NCBI RefSeq assembly: GCF_036365525.1
Contig: NC_090407.1
Span: forward strand, 19,540,234 to 19,604,233
From: Heterodontus francisci
Lineage: Eukaryota
Reading direction: 5' to 3'
DNA: 64,000 nt
Shown here piece by piece: positions 26,183 to 39,350 of this stretch; the stretch's first letter is position 1, and every line of letters begins with the position of its first letter. The notes beneath the pieces are model-generated. The model was not told the origin of the DNA. It saw nothing but the letters and a program-made list of their open reading frames with translations, and ran no database searches. Position numbers and translations under genes: made by a program.

Positions 26183-26959
26183 TGCTAGTTTTGGGTTGAC
26201 CATAAAACGCGGGTTGGGATCATCCAAATAATGAAACTGTCTAAAATAAATACACAAAAATGCGTTATATGATGTTCAAACTGTTTAAACAAAGGATTCG
26301 TGGCCCACTAGCAGTTTTTCAATTATGAACTTCAAAAATAAATAAACTGAGCAACCCAGGGGAAAGGCTGTGCAGATCAAAAGAAAAGTTAGAAAGAGTT
26401 GTAAGGAGGTAAATGATATACTGGTCAGGTGACATCAAGATTGGCTTTGTAAAGTCTGTTAATTGTAGGAAACAGGGAAAACTCGGAGAGGAGGAAGAGG
26501 AGGAGGAGGAGGAGCACACATATCAGAGCAGGAGATATTGTAACAAGTCTTCGTTTCAATACACTCATGAACAGAGGCAGGGAGAAGGTGCCGGGGTAGA
26601 GCAGGCAGGGTGTCCCTCACCCTGTTAATGTGGGACCCTCAGTGGAGAGGATGTTCAGAACCTAGAGTAAAAGAATCAGTAAGAAGGAGGCAGGAGAATG
26701 TGTGACCCAACTCCCAGACCCAGTTCCTGAACAAGCTTTCAGTTGTATTCATGTATCATTGAACTGCTTCACCCCCCAGGATAAAGATCCAGCCTCTCCC
26801 CACTCCCACATCCCAACTCTCTGAGATGTCAAACAATAAATGTAAATTCAACTGACCAGAACCCCCTACTCCCTCCCTCCCTCCCTGTCCTCTCCCCTCT
26901 CCCCTCCTCAGAAAGCCCCAATGTTCAGATACAACTGAACTGTTTCATTTCTGATACAC

Positions 26960-27230
26960 AGATGGAGCGCGGAATTTCAGCGGATCAATATCAATATCGG
27001 TACCGGGTCCCTCCTCTCCCTCCTCCCGGTCTCTCCCTCTCCTTTTCACCAATAGTTAAAGCTCCACAACAATTTGGATAAAAACTTTCCTGAACTATTT
27101 GATGTTCTTCCTCCGCTGCCAGAAATACCGAGTCCGAATCCCGGCCCCGGACTCCGAGCCTCTCGATCACCAGCTCCCGGTCTCGGTCTCTCTCTCTCTC
27201 TCTTCATTCACTCCCCGCCCCCACTGGGAA
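26960..27230 (-). promoter_or_regulatory. CpG-enriched candidate promoter / non-coding first exon of the ccdc50-like gene
   Basis: Local CpG enrichment ~1 kb upstream of the first coding exon; possible donor at ~27129 (TCG|gtattt). Confidence 0.4.
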
Positions 27231-27650
27231 ATCTCTCCTCTTTATCTCACTCCCTCCCTCCTTTGCCTCTCTCACTCTGTCCCTCTTTATTTCTCTAACT
27301 CTTGTCTCTTTATCTCTCTCATTCATACTCTATGTACTCAATCTTACCTCTTTCTCTCCCTCCCTTTACCTCATTCTTTATATACCTCCGATTTATCTCA
27401 CTCACACTCTCTATCCCTCCATCTCACTCTCTATCTCTCCCTTTATCTCAAGCACTCTCTCCCTCTCTTACTTTCTCTCTATCTCACTCTCTCTATCCCC
27501 CTCCCTCTCTCTCTCTCACTCCATCTCTCTATCCCTCCCTCCCTCTATCTATCTCACTCACTCACACTCTCTCTCTATCCCTCCCTCTATCTATCTATCT
27601 CACTCTCTCTCTCTCCCTCCCTTTATCTCTCTCACTCACTCACTCTCTGT
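27181..27650. repeat. CT-rich degenerate microsatellite
   Basis: (CT)n-rich polypyrimidine tract. Confidence 0.9.
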
Positions 27651-27899
27651 TGATGCTCCAACAGCTGTTGTCTTTGGGAGTACGGAGTGCAGCTGCTGCC
27701 AAACCACATTCAAAATCCTGTTCCCACATCTGCACAGGGTGATGGGAGCCAAAGCCCAGCAGTGTGTGTGAACAGAGCCTGACTGTCCAGCTTTACACAA
27801 ACAGCTTCACATCTGAGAGCTGCCCCAGTCCCTCATTGCCAGACTGCTGCACTTACACAGTCAGCTTGGTAAACAGACACAAGCCTCTCTTTTAACCTT

Positions 27900-28330
27900 T
27901 CAACAACAGCATCAATTTGCATTTATATAGCATCTTTAATGTAGTAAAACATCCCACAGGAGTGCTATCAAACAAAATGTGACAGCAAGCTACATAAGGA
28001 GATATTCAGACAGGTAGTGAGTGAAAGAGGTAAGTTTAAAGGAGCAGGGAGAGGCTATGAGGAGATTCCAAAGCTTGGGGCCCAGATAGCTGAAGGCACA
28101 GCCACCAATGGTGGAGTAAAGGGAGTGCAGGATGGAAAAGAGGCCATAATTGGAGGAATGCCGAGATCTCAGAGGGTTGTCGGGCTGGAGGAGGTCACAG
28201 AGATAGGGGAGTGGCAGGGCCAGGGAAGAATTTGAAAACAAAGATGAGAATTTCACATTTGAGCCAATGTTGGTCAGTGAGCACCAGAGTGTTGGGTGAA
28301 CAGGAGGTGGTGTGAGTTAGGATATGGGCA
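27900..28330 (-). mobile_element. L2-like LINE 3' fragment
   Basis: Reverse complement of the 3' part of 28845-29540. Confidence 0.7.
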
Positions 28331-28844
28331 GCAGTTTATGCAGGGTGGGAGGCCGTCCAGGAAGAAAAGAGGAAATCTCACAATATCTGGACTCTCTGGT
28401 TTTGGGAATAAGCTGCAACTGTATAATAGGGTCATTTACAAATGCAGTAATGGCAGCTTTCAGTGTAAAATATACAGCAGGTGTCGCAGTGCCTGTGAGG
28501 AAAGAGAACAGGTTGGAAGCTGAAAGGTGAAGCAGGGGTTGCTCAGTGTCAATAGCCAACAATGAAGATTAAATTCCACTTTTTCATTAAACTGCACTAT
28601 TAACAATTTCTTCAGCAATGAGACAACTGCATCAGGAACAGCCCTTTCCAAACCTCCAGACCCACAAAAACCAAACAAGACAAATTGCCCAGAGAAAAGT
28701 GAATCCCTTTCTCCTGGTTTCCACTTCTGTTGAAGGGTCAGATGACTGAGTAGCTGAGTTCTGTATGGAGCAGGAAAGCTGTCCAATTCCATAAGTTACC
28801 TGCTTTCGCCTGGGGTGTCAGATGGGATAATGCAACTGACCAAA

Positions 28845-29540
28845 TGCTTCCAAATCCGTGCCTGTCTTTCCCACAACTCCATGTTTGAACTCCTCCAATC
28901 AGGTTTCTGCCCCTGCCATAGCACTCCAATGGCCTTTATATAAGTCACAAATGACATCTTGTGTGACAGTGACCAGGGTAAATTATCCCTCCTCATCCTT
29001 CTTGGCCCCTCTGCAGCCTTTGACACGGTTGACTGCACCATTCTCCTCCACTGCCTCTTCCAACATCTATAAACTTGAACTCATCCAAAACTCTGCTACC
29101 TATATCCTAACTCGCACCAAGTCCTGTTTATTCATTGCCCCATGTGCTCGCTGATGCCACTGGCTCCCAGTCCAGCAGCACCTCAATTTAAAAATTCTCA
29201 GCCTTTGATTTTAATGGCTTTGTTTCTCTCTATCTTTGTAATTCTCTTCAGCCCTACAACCCTCCGAGATCGCTGTGATTCTCCATTTCTGGCCTCTGGT
29301 GCATCCCTAATTTTAATCACTTCGCCATTGGCAGCCATGACCCTAAGCTCTGGAATTCCCTCCCTAAACTTCTCCACCTCTCTATCTCCCTCTCCTCCTT
29401 TCAGACCCTCCTTAAAACCAGCCTCTTTGATCAAGTTTTTGGTCACCTGTCCTAATATCTCAGTGTCAAAACACTCCTGGGAAGCACCTTAAAATGTTTG
29501 ACTACATTAAGGATGCTATATAAATGAAAGTTGTTGTTGT
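28845..29540 (+). mobile_element. L2-like LINE fragment (degenerate RT + 3' end)
   Basis: Degenerate QSGF.P.HST...VTNDIL...AAFDTVD..ILL RT motifs; (GTT)n tail. Confidence 0.8.
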
Positions 29541-30119
29541 TGCTAATGACCTCAGCATCCCAGGGCTCAGTTTGCGGCCCCTCATTATTATCTCCTGTGA
29601 AGACACATATGTGGACGTTGGGCTCAGCTTTGATGCCCCACACTGTCGAATAGGCTGACGACTGTCTCTGAAGAATGGCTGTTTGGGTGAGGGGCACCCT
29701 GCATCTGTGGGACCCGTACCCCAGGCTCAGTCCGTGTCTTCAGAAGAAGAATGTTCCTGGAAAAAGGATGAATAAGAACAGCGAAGAACAGAACATTCTT
29801 CAAGGGTCAGCACGCTCTCGGCTCCTGATTTTCTCATCCACATAAGGAATTCCTCTTTATTTTAGCCAATGTTTATGGTACATCTTGTTAAGCCTGGGCT
29901 AGGTCTGAGGGCAAGCTGTAGCAGCTCAGATGGGACGTGGTGTTAAGAATACAGTAGCTGTACTGGTGGATAGGACAGCAGTCAGAAACAGCAGCTTCAT
30001 GCTCAGCACTCTTACACGTCTCTGAGTTTGATACTTCCTCACTGAGGGAGGCTATCAGGTCCAGAACCAACAACAACCACTGAGCACCTCTGGGCATGAG
30101 GGCATCACATCGTGCTTGT

Positions 30120-30410
30120 CCGCTGTGGCTCACTGGGTAGTTCTCTCCCTCCTTTGAGGCAGAGGGGTGTGGGTTCAAGTCCCACTCTTGAAACACGGTC
30201 ACAGTATCTAGGCTGAAAGTCCAGTGCATTGAGTGCTGCACTGTTGGAGGTGCCTTCTTTTGAATGAGATGTTAAACCGAGGCCCTGGTCTGCCCTCTCA
30301 GGAGGATGTAAAAGATCCCATAGCACTGTTTGGAAGAAGAGCAGGGGAGTTATCCCCGGTGTCCTGGTCAATATTTATCCCTCAACCAACATCATTTAAA
30401 TAGATTATCT
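30120..30410 (+). mobile_element. SacSINE1/Deu-SINE-like
   Basis: tRNA-like head 'gtggctcactgggtag...gggttcaagtccc' and conserved body. Confidence 0.75.
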
Positions 30411-30550
30411 AGTCCTCCCTTCCTGCCTTTCATTCTTATTGGATAAATACCTGTAGGAGAAAAGATTGCAGGGATGTGGGGAAGAAGCTGGGGAGTAAGA
30501 CTAACTGGATTGCTCTCTGAAAGAGGTGGCTCAAACTCGATGGGCCGATT

Positions 30551-31819
30551 TGAAGTGGATTATAATCCTAGTCCCTTTTTGGGACCATCCCAGATCAGAC
30601 ATACTCCCCAGATGATCACTCTCACTTAAGGTTGAGAAAGACAGATCTTACAGATACAAATGGGTCTGAAGAACTGATCTAACTCTCCCCAAAGGAAAGA
30701 AACCAGCTGAGAATATTATCATCTCCAGATAACCTCGTTAACAAGTTTTAGCCAGATTATAACAACCCAGACATTATAAGGTTCTGGGCATCTCTCCTCA
30801 ATAACGTACCTCCCCACTAAAGAGTGTATGGAGATGGGTTCTCAAGTTTGTGATACAGAAGACTACATGAGACAACATATTTTTGAAATTATATAAAAGT
30901 TTATTAAAGAACCGAACATGCAATTCATATGTGATGGAAGTCAATTGCAACATTAATAATGCTAGGAAAAGAAAGAAAGTATAATCTTATTTCTAGTACA
31001 GAATCCAAGTTTTAAGTCTAAATATTTATAATATTTGAGATATCCATCAACATTTAAAGCAGCATTTACCTTAAATCCCCGAGTAGAAAGCTACAGAGTT
31101 TATTGAGATACCTCTATTCCAATTGAGGGGAGAATTATCATCGCTGCACCAGGTAGCTCCTACTTTTACCATAAGAAACGCTGAAGTGAATCCAATGAAT
31201 CTAAAGATCCACTGTGTGGTTCCAATATTTATACTGTTTCTAAGCTGCATAACTAGTTTTTTAATGTATGGGGGTGTTGGCTCTCTTCCAAGTAGATTTA
31301 TTCCCTTCTATTTCCCAAATAAGGCTGTATGACTGTCAATTTCTGGTTAAGATCCACCCTCTTTGATTTTTAAGAAAGGCTGGGCCAGCAGCAGGCTGAG
31401 AGCTTCTCATGGTGGGCAATATCCTTAATCACCTGTGTTTCAAAATTATAAATTCAGTTTCCTGGGTTTGGTCAGTTTTGTTAAAATTTCAGCTGACTGT
31501 GGTTTAGGCCTGTCCATATAAGACTATTTTATCAACTAGTTCACTGTTCTGGTTAACGTGATCATTTGTAAACTGTGTTATCAATGTTTTACCGTGCGAT
31601 GAGGTTCATGACTTTTTAGGAGTGAATCCCTCTTATCAGAAGCTGCCTCTGAGCTCTCAGATGAGGCAAACCCTTCACCTCAGAGGCATATCGGAGGCAC
31701 GCCTATGAACTTCTTTTAACCTTTTCAGAAGCTGAACCCTGCTTTTAATATTTTAATGTCTAACTCATAGGAAAATAACTTTTTAACCTTATAACCCCTT
31801 ATTATGGCTGATTCCTTCA
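30551..31819 (-). mobile_element. Solo-LTR-like element (~1.27 kb), putative ERV/LTR retroelement
   Basis: TGAAG...CTTCA inverted termini; splits a CR1 tail (gggccga|atggcc) with a degenerate 6-bp TSD CCGATT/CAGAAT. Minus-strand TATA (31226-31234) and AATAAA (30900-30905). Homologous to 61931-63218. Confidence 0.72.
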
Positions 31820-32014
31820 CAGAATGGCCTCTTTTTGTACTGTACGATTCTGTGATTCTTTGCCAGTCAATGCAAACCTGTCACTCCTAGTCAAGAGCAA
31901 ACTGTCTGGCTAAGGAGGAACAGAAACCGTGAAAGCAGTTTGTACTGTGGCCTTGGTTCTCATTCTCCTGGCTTCCATCTGCTTATGTTTATGGTGGAAG
32001 TTGTGGATCACTGG

Positions 32015-32815
32015 TGTGGGAAAATGTGAAGTTATGCATTTGGTCGTAAGAATAGAAAAGCAGAATACTTTTCAAAAGGTGTGAACTTGTAAGTGTCGAT
32101 GTTCAAAGAGACTTGGGTGTGCTTGTAGAAGGAATACAGAAAGTTAACATGCAGGTACAACAAGCAATTAGGAAGGCAACTGGCATGTTGGTCAAATATT
32201 GCAGGGGGATTGGAGTACAGGAATAAGGAAGTATTACTACAATTGTATGGGGTTTTGGTGAGACGGCATCTGGAATACTATGTGCAGTTATGGTCTCCAC
32301 ATTTTAGAAAGGATATACTTGCATTGGAGGCAGTGCAGTAAAGGTTCACTAGATTGGTCCCTGGGATGAGGGGGTTGTCCAGTAATGAAAGACTAAGTAA
32401 ATTGGGCCAGTATTCTCTGGGGTTTAGAAGAATGAGAGGTGATCTCAATGAAACATATAAAATTCGAAAGGTCTGGATTGGGTAGACAGTGAGAGATTAT
32501 TTTCGCTGGTCAGGGAATCTAAAACACAGGGTCACAGTCTCAGCACAAGGGGGCGATCATTTAGGACTGAGATGAGGAGAAATTACTTCACTCAAAGAGT
32601 TGTGAATCTTTGGAATTCTCTACCCCAGAGGTTTGTGAATGCTCCATCGTTGAATGCATTTAAGGCTGGGATAGATAGATTTTTGATCTTTCAAGGAATC
32701 AAGGGATATGGCGAGCAGGCAGGAAAGTGGAACTGAAACCTAAGATCAGCTATGATCGTATTGAATGATGGAGCCACATGGTCAACTTCTGCTCCTATTT
32801 CTTGTGTTCTTGTGT
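32015..32815 (+). mobile_element. CR1 LINE 3' fragment
   Basis: Degenerate KCEVMHFG, RDLGV, LVR.HLEY and RMRGDL.ETYKI motifs plus CR1 3'UTR. Confidence 0.9.
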
Positions 32816-32854
32816 TCTAACCCCCCAGTGTTCAGTCTGGGCCTTGCGACTGCT

Positions 32855-35800
32855 TTGGCGCATCACTCCAAATACACTGGCGCATCACCCTATCTGCACC
32901 GGCACACCACCCTATCTGCACTGGCACTTCACCCGATCTGCACTGGCGCTTCACTCCAACTACACTGGCACATCACCCTATCTGCTCTGGCACATCACTC
33001 CAACTACACTGGCGCATCACCCTATCTGCACTGGCACATCACTCCAACGACACTGGCGCAATGCCCTATCTGCACTGGCACATCACTCCAACTACACTGG
33101 CACATCACCCTATCTGCACTGGCACATCACTCCAACTACACTGGCGCAACACCCTATCTGCACTGGCACATCACTCCAACTACACTGGCGCATCACCCTA
33201 TCTGCACTGGTGCATCACCCTATCTGCACTGGCACATCACTCCAACTACACTGGCGCATCACCCTATCTGCACTGGCACATCACTCCAACTACACTGGCA
33301 CACCACCCTATCTGCACTGACACATCACTCCAACTACACTGGCGCATCACCCTATCTGCACTGGCACATCACCCTGTCTGCACTGGCACATCACTCCAGC
33401 TGCACTGATGCATCACCCTCTCTGCACTGGCGCATCACCCTATCTGCACTGGCACATCACTCCAACTACACTGGCGCATCACACTGTGTGCACTGGCACA
33501 TCACTCCAACTGCACTGGTGTATCACCCTATCTGCACTGGCACATCACTCCAACTACACTGGCGCATCATCCTATCTGCACTGGCACATCACCCTATCTG
33601 CACTGGCACATCACTCCAACTACACTGGCGCATCACCCTATCTGCACTGGCACATCACCCTATCTGCACTGGCACATCACTCCAACTACACTGGCGCATC
33701 ACCCTATCTGCACTGGCACATCACCCTATCTGCACTGGCACATCACTCCAACTACACTGGTGCATCACCCTGTCTGCACTGGCGCATCACTCCAGCTGCA
33801 CTGACGCATCACCCTATCTGCACTGGCGCATCACTCCAACTACACTGGTGCATCACCCTGTCTGCACTGGCGCATCACTCCAGCTGCACTGACGCATCAC
33901 CCTATCTGCACTGGCGCATCACCCTATCTGCACTGGCACATCACTCCAACTACACTGGCGCTTCACCCTATCTGCACTGGCGCTTCACCCTATCTGCACT
34001 GGCGCATCACCCTATCTGCACTGGCACATCATTCCAACTACACTGGCGCATCACTCCAGCTACACTGGTGCATCACTCTATCTGCACTGGCGCATCACGC
34101 CAACTACACTGGCGCATCACCCTGTCTGCACTGGCGCATCATCCTATCTGCACTGGCACATCACCCTATCTGCACTGGCACATCACTCCAACTACACTGG
34201 CGCATCACCCTATCTGTACTGGCATATCACCCTGTCTGCACTGGCATCTCACTCCAGCTGCACTGACGCATCACCCTCTCTGCACTGGCGCATCACCCTA
34301 TCTGCACTGGCACATCACTCCAACTACACTGGCGCATCACCCTACCTGCACTGGCACATCACTCCAACTACACTGGCGCATCACCCTATCTACACTGGCG
34401 CATCACCCTGTATGCACTGGCACATCACCCTATTTGCACTGGCACATCACTCCAACTACACTGGCGCATCACCCTATCTGCACTGGCACATCACTCCAAC
34501 TACACTGGCGCATCACCCTATCTGTACTGGCATATCACCCTGTCTGCACTGGCATCTCACTCCAGCTGCACTGACGCATCACCCTCTCTGCACTGGCGCA
34601 TCACCCTACCTGCACTGGCACATCACTCCAACTACACTGGCGCATCACCCTATCTACACTGGCGCATCACCCTGTATGCACTGGCACATCACCCTATTTG
34701 CACTGGCACATCACTCCAACTACACTGGCGCATCACCCTATCTGCACTGGCGCATCACTCCAACTACACTGGTGCATCACCCTGTCTACACTGGCACATC
34801 ACTCCAGCTGCACTGACGCATCACCTTATCTGCACTGGCGCATCACCCTATCTGCACTGGCACATCACTCCAAAAACACTGGCGCATCACCCTATCTGCA
34901 CTGGCACATCAATCCAACTGCATTGGCACATCACCCTGTCCACACTGGCACATCACTCCAACTACACTGGCGCATCACTCCAACTACACTGGTGCATCAC
35001 TCTTATCTGCACTGGCGCATCACTCCAACTACACTGGCACATCACCCTGTCTGCACTGGCGCATCATCCTATCTGCACTGGCACATCACTCCAACTAAAC
35101 TGGCACATCACCCTACCTGCACTGGCACATCACTCCAACTACACTGGCACATCACCCTATCTGCACTGGCGCATCACCCTATATGCACTGGCACATCACC
35201 CTATCTGCACTGGCACATTACTCCAACTACACTGGCGCATCACCCTATGTGCACAGGCACATCACACCAACCACACTGGCACATCACACCAACCACACTG
35301 GCACATCACCCTATCTGCACTGACACATCACTCCAACTACACTGGCACATCACTCCAACTACACTGGCACATCACCCTGTCCGCACTGGCACATCACTCC
35401 AACTACACTGGCACATCACTCCAACTACACTGGCGCTTCACTCCAACTACACTGGTGCATCACTCTTTCTGCACTGGCGCATCACTCCAACTACACTGGC
35501 GCATCACCCTGTCTGCACTGGCACATCTCCCTATCTGCACTGGCACATCACTTCAACTACACTGGCGCATCACCCTATCTGCACTGGTGCATCACTCCAT
35601 CTACACTGGTGCATCACCCTGCCTGCACTGGCACATCACTCCAGCTGCACTGATGCATCACCTTATCTGCACTGGCTCATCACCCTATCTGCATTGGCAC
35701 ATCACTCCAACTACACTGGCGCATCACCCTGTCTGCACTGGCACATCACTCCAACTGCACTGGTGCATCACCCTATCTGCACTGGCACATCACTCCAACT

Positions 35801-36010
35801 AAACTGGCGCATCACCCTATCTGCACTGGCGCATCACTCCAACTACACTGGCGCATCACCCTATCTGCACTGGCACATCACTCCAACTACACTGGTGCAT
35901 CACCCTGTCTGCACTGGCACATCACCCTATCTGCACTGGCGCATCACCCTATCTGCACTGGCACATCACCCCAACTACACTGGTGTGTCACCCTATCTGC
36001 ACCAATGCAT
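32855..36010. repeat. 22-bp minisatellite, ~143 units, two interleaved variants (CTGGCRCATCACCCTATCTGCA / CTGGCRCATCACTCCAACTACA)
   Basis: Directly visible periodicity. Confidence 0.97.
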
Positions 36011-36765
36011 CACCCAACATGCAGCAATGCAAACAGGAGACCCAGATGCAGCTTTCAATGGGGTGGGGGAGATGGTCTGTTGGGGCCACCAGAGATGGGC
36101 CGTGACCTTCTTGAGTGACTCACATTGGAACTGAAATCTGGTCCATCTTGAGACAGAGGATTGAGGCCTAGGGCATGGACAGGCACATGGTCAGAAGATG
36201 AGAATCAGTTGCTATAACCAGTTTCCTTTGAATGGGGAATAGTTTGGGACAAAGTGCTTCATAGGTTCTCCTTTCAAGTCTTGCGTGCTTGGATTGCAAG
36301 ATAACTCTGCATCATTCACACTATAGCCCTAGGGTGGATACACCCTTGGCTCATAGTAAAGGAATGTCTGATAACAAGTATGTCAGACTGTTAATAGTTA
36401 TGGTGTTGGACCATAAGATACACCAAGGTAGTTGCCTTTTAAGTGCCATCTGTAATGGACTTAGCAAGCCACTCAGTTGTACAGGGCAGCTTGACATGGG
36501 CAGTAAATAGTGGCCTTGGCAGTGACACCCACATCCTGAGAATGACTGAAAAAAAAACTTGTGAGGAAGAACCAGTTGTGACTGAGGTTACCAATGGTTA
36601 CTCAGCCCTTTGACATTGAATCCCATCAAAATCCAGTACCTTCAGGAGACAAGGGGAACTAAGGGACAAGACAGAAAGGTAACATTTCTAGATTCCTCTT
36701 TCCAACTGGCCGGAGTTGGCAGGGAAAGGATCCGTTCCTTTTTCCTCTGGTGACAACATGTAGAT

Positions 36766-37087
36766 TTTATTTATTTATTTAGAGATACAGCACTGAAACA
36801 GGCCCTTCGGCCCACCGAGTCTGTGCCGACCAAGAACCACCCATTTATCCTAACCCTACAGTAATCCCATATTCCCTACCACCTACCTACACTAGGGGCA
36901 ATTTACAATGGCCAATTTACCTATTACCTGCAAGTCTTTGGCTGTGGGAGGAAACCAGAGCACCCAGCGAAAACCCACGCAGTCACAGGGAGAACTTGCA
37001 AACTCCGCACAGGCAGTACCCAGAATTGAACCCGTGTCGCTGGAGCTGTGAGGTTGCGGTGCTAACCACTGCGCCACTGTGCCACCC
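36766..37087 (-). mobile_element. tRNA-derived SINE with CR1-like tail (HE1/V-SINE-like)
   Basis: Reverse complement of 56600-56960; (TTTA)n tail. Confidence 0.85.
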
Positions 37088-37639
37088 TCGCTGTCAGCTC
37101 CTTGATTTAGAAACTCTATGAAAGGTCACATTGCATTTCTTTTACTTTTTATCTCAATTTTCCTCTGACTTCATTTATAGGTTCTGTTTTAGCATATTTA
37201 TTACAGGATATGCAATCTAAAAATCATCTATTCACACCAGTGTTACATATTTATTACTCTGCAAAACTGCAGAAATATTAGCTTAGACATGCAGGCGCAG
37301 CTGTGGCTGGATGCATCTACTTTGTATTTTATTAAAAGATACAAGAGGTAATTGGACACAGAACCAAGCAACCAACTGTAAAATTCAGAGAAGTGAAACT
37401 TTACTGACTGTTGACCATCTTACTTTACTTCTTTATTCTGTATATGTTTTACTATTATCTTAATTTTTTTTAAAAGAATGATTGTAATACATAACGAAGC
37501 TGAGTTATGGCACATAGACACATAGGCAATAACCTGGATTGATTTCATCGGCTGGTGCAGTTTATTATGGAGTTGAGTCAAACAGACCAGGATGATGTCA
37601 GTCTTCATCCTCAGTCTGTGCTAACTTAGAAAATCAGAG

Positions 37640-38235
37640 CCTAAATGGGATGGAGGAACAAAGGGGTACAGAGTCACAAATCATCAAAAGTAGCAACACA
37701 GGTTAACAAAGCCTTAAAAAAATACAACAAAAGCACTTTGCTCCATTTCCAGAAGAACAGCCTTGAAAAGCAGGGAAGATATGTCAAACATATCTTGGTT
37801 AGACCACTTGTGGAGCACGGTACACAGTTCCACCCTCCATATTATGAAAAAGGATTTGGAGGCATCAGAGAAGGTACAAAAAAGGTTAACAAGGATAACA
37901 AAGATCTGGGGGAACGGAGGGTGGGGGGCGATGGGGTACAACTATCAGGAAAGACTCGTGCTGTTTTCTCTAAAAAAAAGAAGGCGGAGGAGTGACCTAA
38001 TTGAGGTCTTTAAAATTATGAAGTGGTTTGATAGATAAATCCAATAATAAATTCAGCAGAAACCTCTTTCCCTAAAGAGTGGTTAGAATGTGGAACTGAC
38101 TACCACAAGGAATGGTTGAGGTGAATAGTATAGATGCATTTAGGGGGAAGCGAGATAAGTACATGAGGGAGAAAGGAATAGAAGGATATGTTGATAGGAT
38201 GAGATGGGAGGAGGCTCGTGTGGAGCATAAACAAT
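37640..38235 (+). mobile_element. CR1 LINE 3' fragment
   Basis: Degenerate LVRPL.E and R.DLIEVFKIMK.FDR motifs. Confidence 0.8.
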
Positions 38236-38692
38236 GACATTCTTCGAAGCAAAAAAATTTGAATTCGATTTAGGAGTGGAGCTATATAACATTGTTGGCT
38301 CAGTTGAGAGAGTTTGGGAAGGGAAGGGGAGCAGGGGAGGGCTCTTTAAGAGACTTTCAATGTAACATCTGCAAATCTTATCTTAAAAAATAAACCTTTA
38401 ATTCACTCAATACTAACTACATTTCATGTCAGAATCTGTTGGATAAATCTGCGTCACTCAGCTTGTGACCGATAAATAACTCTTGAAAGGCGGGAGCTGA
38501 CAGAGGGAAGTAAATTTGATGGGTTTATTATTTTTGACTGTTGGTGATGGGCAGTAAATCTACGTCCCATCTGCTGTCGTATTTTATCCTTGAAACTGAG
38601 TCAGAATGAAGTGCTGATTGGATTTAACACCTCAAGGTAATAAAACAATATTTTATTGATCCTGCTATATTGTTTGTGAGGGGGAAGGGGGT

Positions 38693-38700
38693 TATATAAA
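38693..38700 (+). promoter_or_regulatory. TATA box of uts2 (TATATAAA)
   Basis: 80 bp upstream of the ATG; a CRE-like TGCGTCA lies at 38450-38456. Confidence 0.75.
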
Positions 38701-38772
38701 GGTTTGTGCTCAGCTTTGGGTGTACACCTCTGCTCTTCTCTGTCTCTCTTGTCTCTCAACCTCTTTTCAATC

Positions 38773-38863
38773 ATGATGTCCTTGGTGCTTGTAGCTGGTG
38801 CATTGCTTCTCAGTGGCTCCTGTGTCTTTGCTCTGCCCATTGCAGACTCCATGTACAGAGCAG
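38773..38863 (+). CDS. uts2: Prepro-urotensin II exon 1 (signal peptide MMSLVLVAGALLLSGSCVFALPIADSMYRA)
   Basis: Hydrophobic signal peptide, 91 bp, strong donor CAG|GTAAGT. Confidence 0.88.
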
Positions 38864-38999
38864 GTAAGTGGGGAGAGATGGGGGAGGTGAGGTGGGATGA
38901 TGATGAGGCACAAGTCAGCTGCTACTGAACCTTCTCCAGTGTCACCATCATCAATCATTCATCTCCATGTGTCAATATAAAAAAAAAGTGCCATGTAAA

Positions 39000-39350
39000 G
39001 AGACTCCAATGCAGTACTGAGGGAATGCTGCACTGTCAGAGGTGCTGTCTTTCAGACGAATGTCAAAGCGAAGCCCCACCTGCTCTCTGAGATCGATGTT
39101 TAAAGATCTCACAGCACAATTAGAAAGAGAGCAGGGGATTCTCTATCCTGAACAATAATTATCCTTCAACCAACATCACTAAAACAGATTATCTGGTCAT
39201 TATCATATTGTTGTTTGTGGGAGCTTGCTGTGCACAAATTGAATGCTGCATTTCCAACAATGACTACACTTCAAAAAGTACTCATTGATTGTAAAGTGCT
39301 TTGGGATATTCTGAGGTTGTGAAAGGTGCTATACAAATGCAAGTTCCTTC
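39000..39350 (+). mobile_element. SacSINE1/Deu-SINE-like
   Basis: Conserved body and tail as in the other copies. Confidence 0.75.

Noticed and set aside
32765-36134. Long His/Thr/Trp-rich ORFs (375-478 aa) and a superficially CRISPR-like constant/variable pattern
   Set aside because: Products of a 22-bp minisatellite open in several frames; the variable parts are 8 nt and recur, so they are not unique spacers; eukaryotic context with no cas genes.
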